Shown: positions 62,420 through 64,000 of the stretch, piece by piece
Layout of the letters: the number at the start of each line of letters is the position of its first letter
Position numbering within the stretch: the stretch's first letter is position 1
Assembly (NCBI GenBank): GCA_002269645.1
Contig: NIVC01001474.1
Coordinates: 100,475 to 164,474 of the forward strand
Length of the DNA stretch: 64,000 nucleotides
Origin: Macrostomum lignano
Lineage: Eukaryota
Direction of reading: 5' to 3'
Notes under the pieces: generated by a model
The model's input: only the letters and a program-made list of their open reading frames with translations
Database searches by the model: none
Told to the model about the DNA's origin: nothing
Translations under genes and position numbers: made by a program

Positions 62420-63420
62420 TGGGAGGTGGGGAGACGGGAGGTGAGAGATGGGATGTGGGAGATGAGATGTGGGAGATGGGATCTTGGAGATGCGATTTGG
62501 GAGATGAGATGTGGGAGATAAGATCTGGGAGATGGGATGTGGGAGATGGGAGGTGAGAGATGGGATGTGGGAAATGGGATGTGGGAGATGGGATCTTGGA
62601 GATGAGATGTGGGAGATGGGATCTGGGAGATGGGATGTGGGAGATGGGATCTGGGAGATGGGATCTGGGAGATGAGATATGGGAGATGGGATCCCAGAGA
62701 TGGGATCTTGGAGATGGGATGTGGGAGATGGGATCTTAGAGATGGGATATGGGAGATGAGATGTGGGAGATGGGATCTGGGAGATGGGATCTTGGAGATG
62801 AGATCTGGGAGCTGGGATTGGTAGTCGGGATCTGGGAGATTGGATGTGTGAGATGGGATCTGGGAGATGGGATGTGGGAGATGAGATGTGGGAGATGAGA
62901 TGTGGGAGATAGGATGTGGGAGATGGGATGAGGGAGATGGAAGATGGGATCTGAAAGATAGGCTGTGTGGGATGGGATCTGGAATATGGGTCGTGGGAGA
63001 TGGGATGTAGGAGATGGGATCTGAGAGATTGGATGTGAACGATGGGATTGAAGAAATGGGATCTAGGAGATGGGATGTGAGATGGGATCCGACAAATAGG
63101 TTCTTTCTAGGAATTTTTTTGGAAGATGGAATCTTTCTGGGGGGTGGGATAAATGCTTTAGGATCTGGGATTGGAGGAAAGATGAAATCTAAAAAGTGAC
63201 CAAAAGGGAGATGGGATCTGTGATACTGTATTTCTAGAGTTTATTTCTAGACAAACAATATGACACAATAGACAATATCCTGACACAACAGACAATCTCC
63301 TGACACAACAGACAATCTCCTGACACAACAGACAATCTCCTGACACAACAGACAATCTCCTGACACAACAGACAATCTCCTGACACAACAGACAATCTCC
63401 TGACACAACAGACAATCTCC
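62420..63420. repeat. Intronic 14-bp (GGGAGATGGGAT(G/C)T)n array (~62420-63090) and 20-bp (TGACACAACAGACAATCTCC)n array (~63255-63420)
   Basis: Read directly. Confidence 0.9.
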
Positions 63421-63471
63421 ACTCCAAGGTTGTCTACAAGGCCACCCCTGACACAGGAAAACACAGCAAAC

Positions 63472-63758
63472 CTGCTCAGGCCCTGCAGCATCAGCCAGCC
63501 GCCTGTCCAGCACCAGCTGATAGGCCACCGCCAGCTGATTGCTCTGAGGGTCGTCGCTAAGCAACGCGGCCAGCACCGACCGCTCGGACACGCGGCAGCG
63601 GGTGGCCACCTCAGCCACTGCCAGCTTGTCAACAATGGATAAATCTTGATGGGCGCCGTCGGACGGGACAGGTAGGCCGGCAGGTCGGTCTGGAACCAGG
63701 GGTGCCGGCGAATGTCCTCGATGGTGGCCCGGCGAAGGGGATCGGCGCAGGTATGGAG
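63472..63758 (-). CDS. PRKAA: AMPK alpha exon (end of kinase domain and autoinhibitory domain); 1-bp frameshift at ~63668; the gene continues beyond the window
   Basis: DPLRRATIEDIRRHPWFQTDLPAYL[F]P...AVAEVATR...LAVAYQLVLD matches the AMPK pattern [27 protein letters not shown]...LAVAYHLIID. Confidence 0.88.
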
Positions 63759-64000
63759 CTGAGCAGGGTGGGGTTTTAAATTTATTAAATTACTAAATTA
63801 TCATCAATTAATGAGTGTTTCCATCGTCAACTCGAAATCTCATCCAATCTTCAAAAATCTCACCCTACAACAACAACAACAACAACAAACAAACTACAGC
63901 AATCCTGGGCAAGCCAATTAAGTTGGGTTGCTGTCAAAATGCGCGCGCAAGCGCAGATTTGCGCAAAACAGCGAGTCGCGGGGGTCGGAGATCTATCAAA

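Overview
A 64 kb eukaryotic (animal) window rich in repeats and transposons. The abundant (GACA)n arrays, minisatellite-filled introns and GT-AG splicing suggest a flatworm such as Macrostomum; this is inference and unverified. Genes supported by the sequence: (1) a three-exon minus-strand gene (8389-4684) that, once spliced, joins an ankyrin-repeat array to a Mab-21/cGAS-like nucleotidyltransferase (cGLR) and a long helical tail, with three small frameshifts; (2) an intronless otopetrin proton channel; (3) two convergent, intronless, divergent PP1-like phosphatases with a nearly identical internal tract; (4) three paralogous two-exon genes for a secreted protein made of a PAN/apple-like domain, a Thr-rich mucin stalk and an ALK/LTK-type glycine-rich domain; (5) an intronless GT15 (KRE2/KTR-type) alpha-1,2-mannosyltransferase lying among those mucin genes and bracketed by ~1.1 kb direct repeats; (6) the last four exons of an AMPK catalytic alpha subunit. 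The remainder is Ty3/Gypsy remnants, RTE-like and RNase H-bearing LINE fragments (one with a twin-priming inversion), a mariner deletion derivative, a hAT-like MITE, a P-element remnant, an inverted pair of 28S rDNA (helix 69)-derived segments, and many micro- and minisatellites. No CRISPR array, tRNA or intact rRNA gene was seen.
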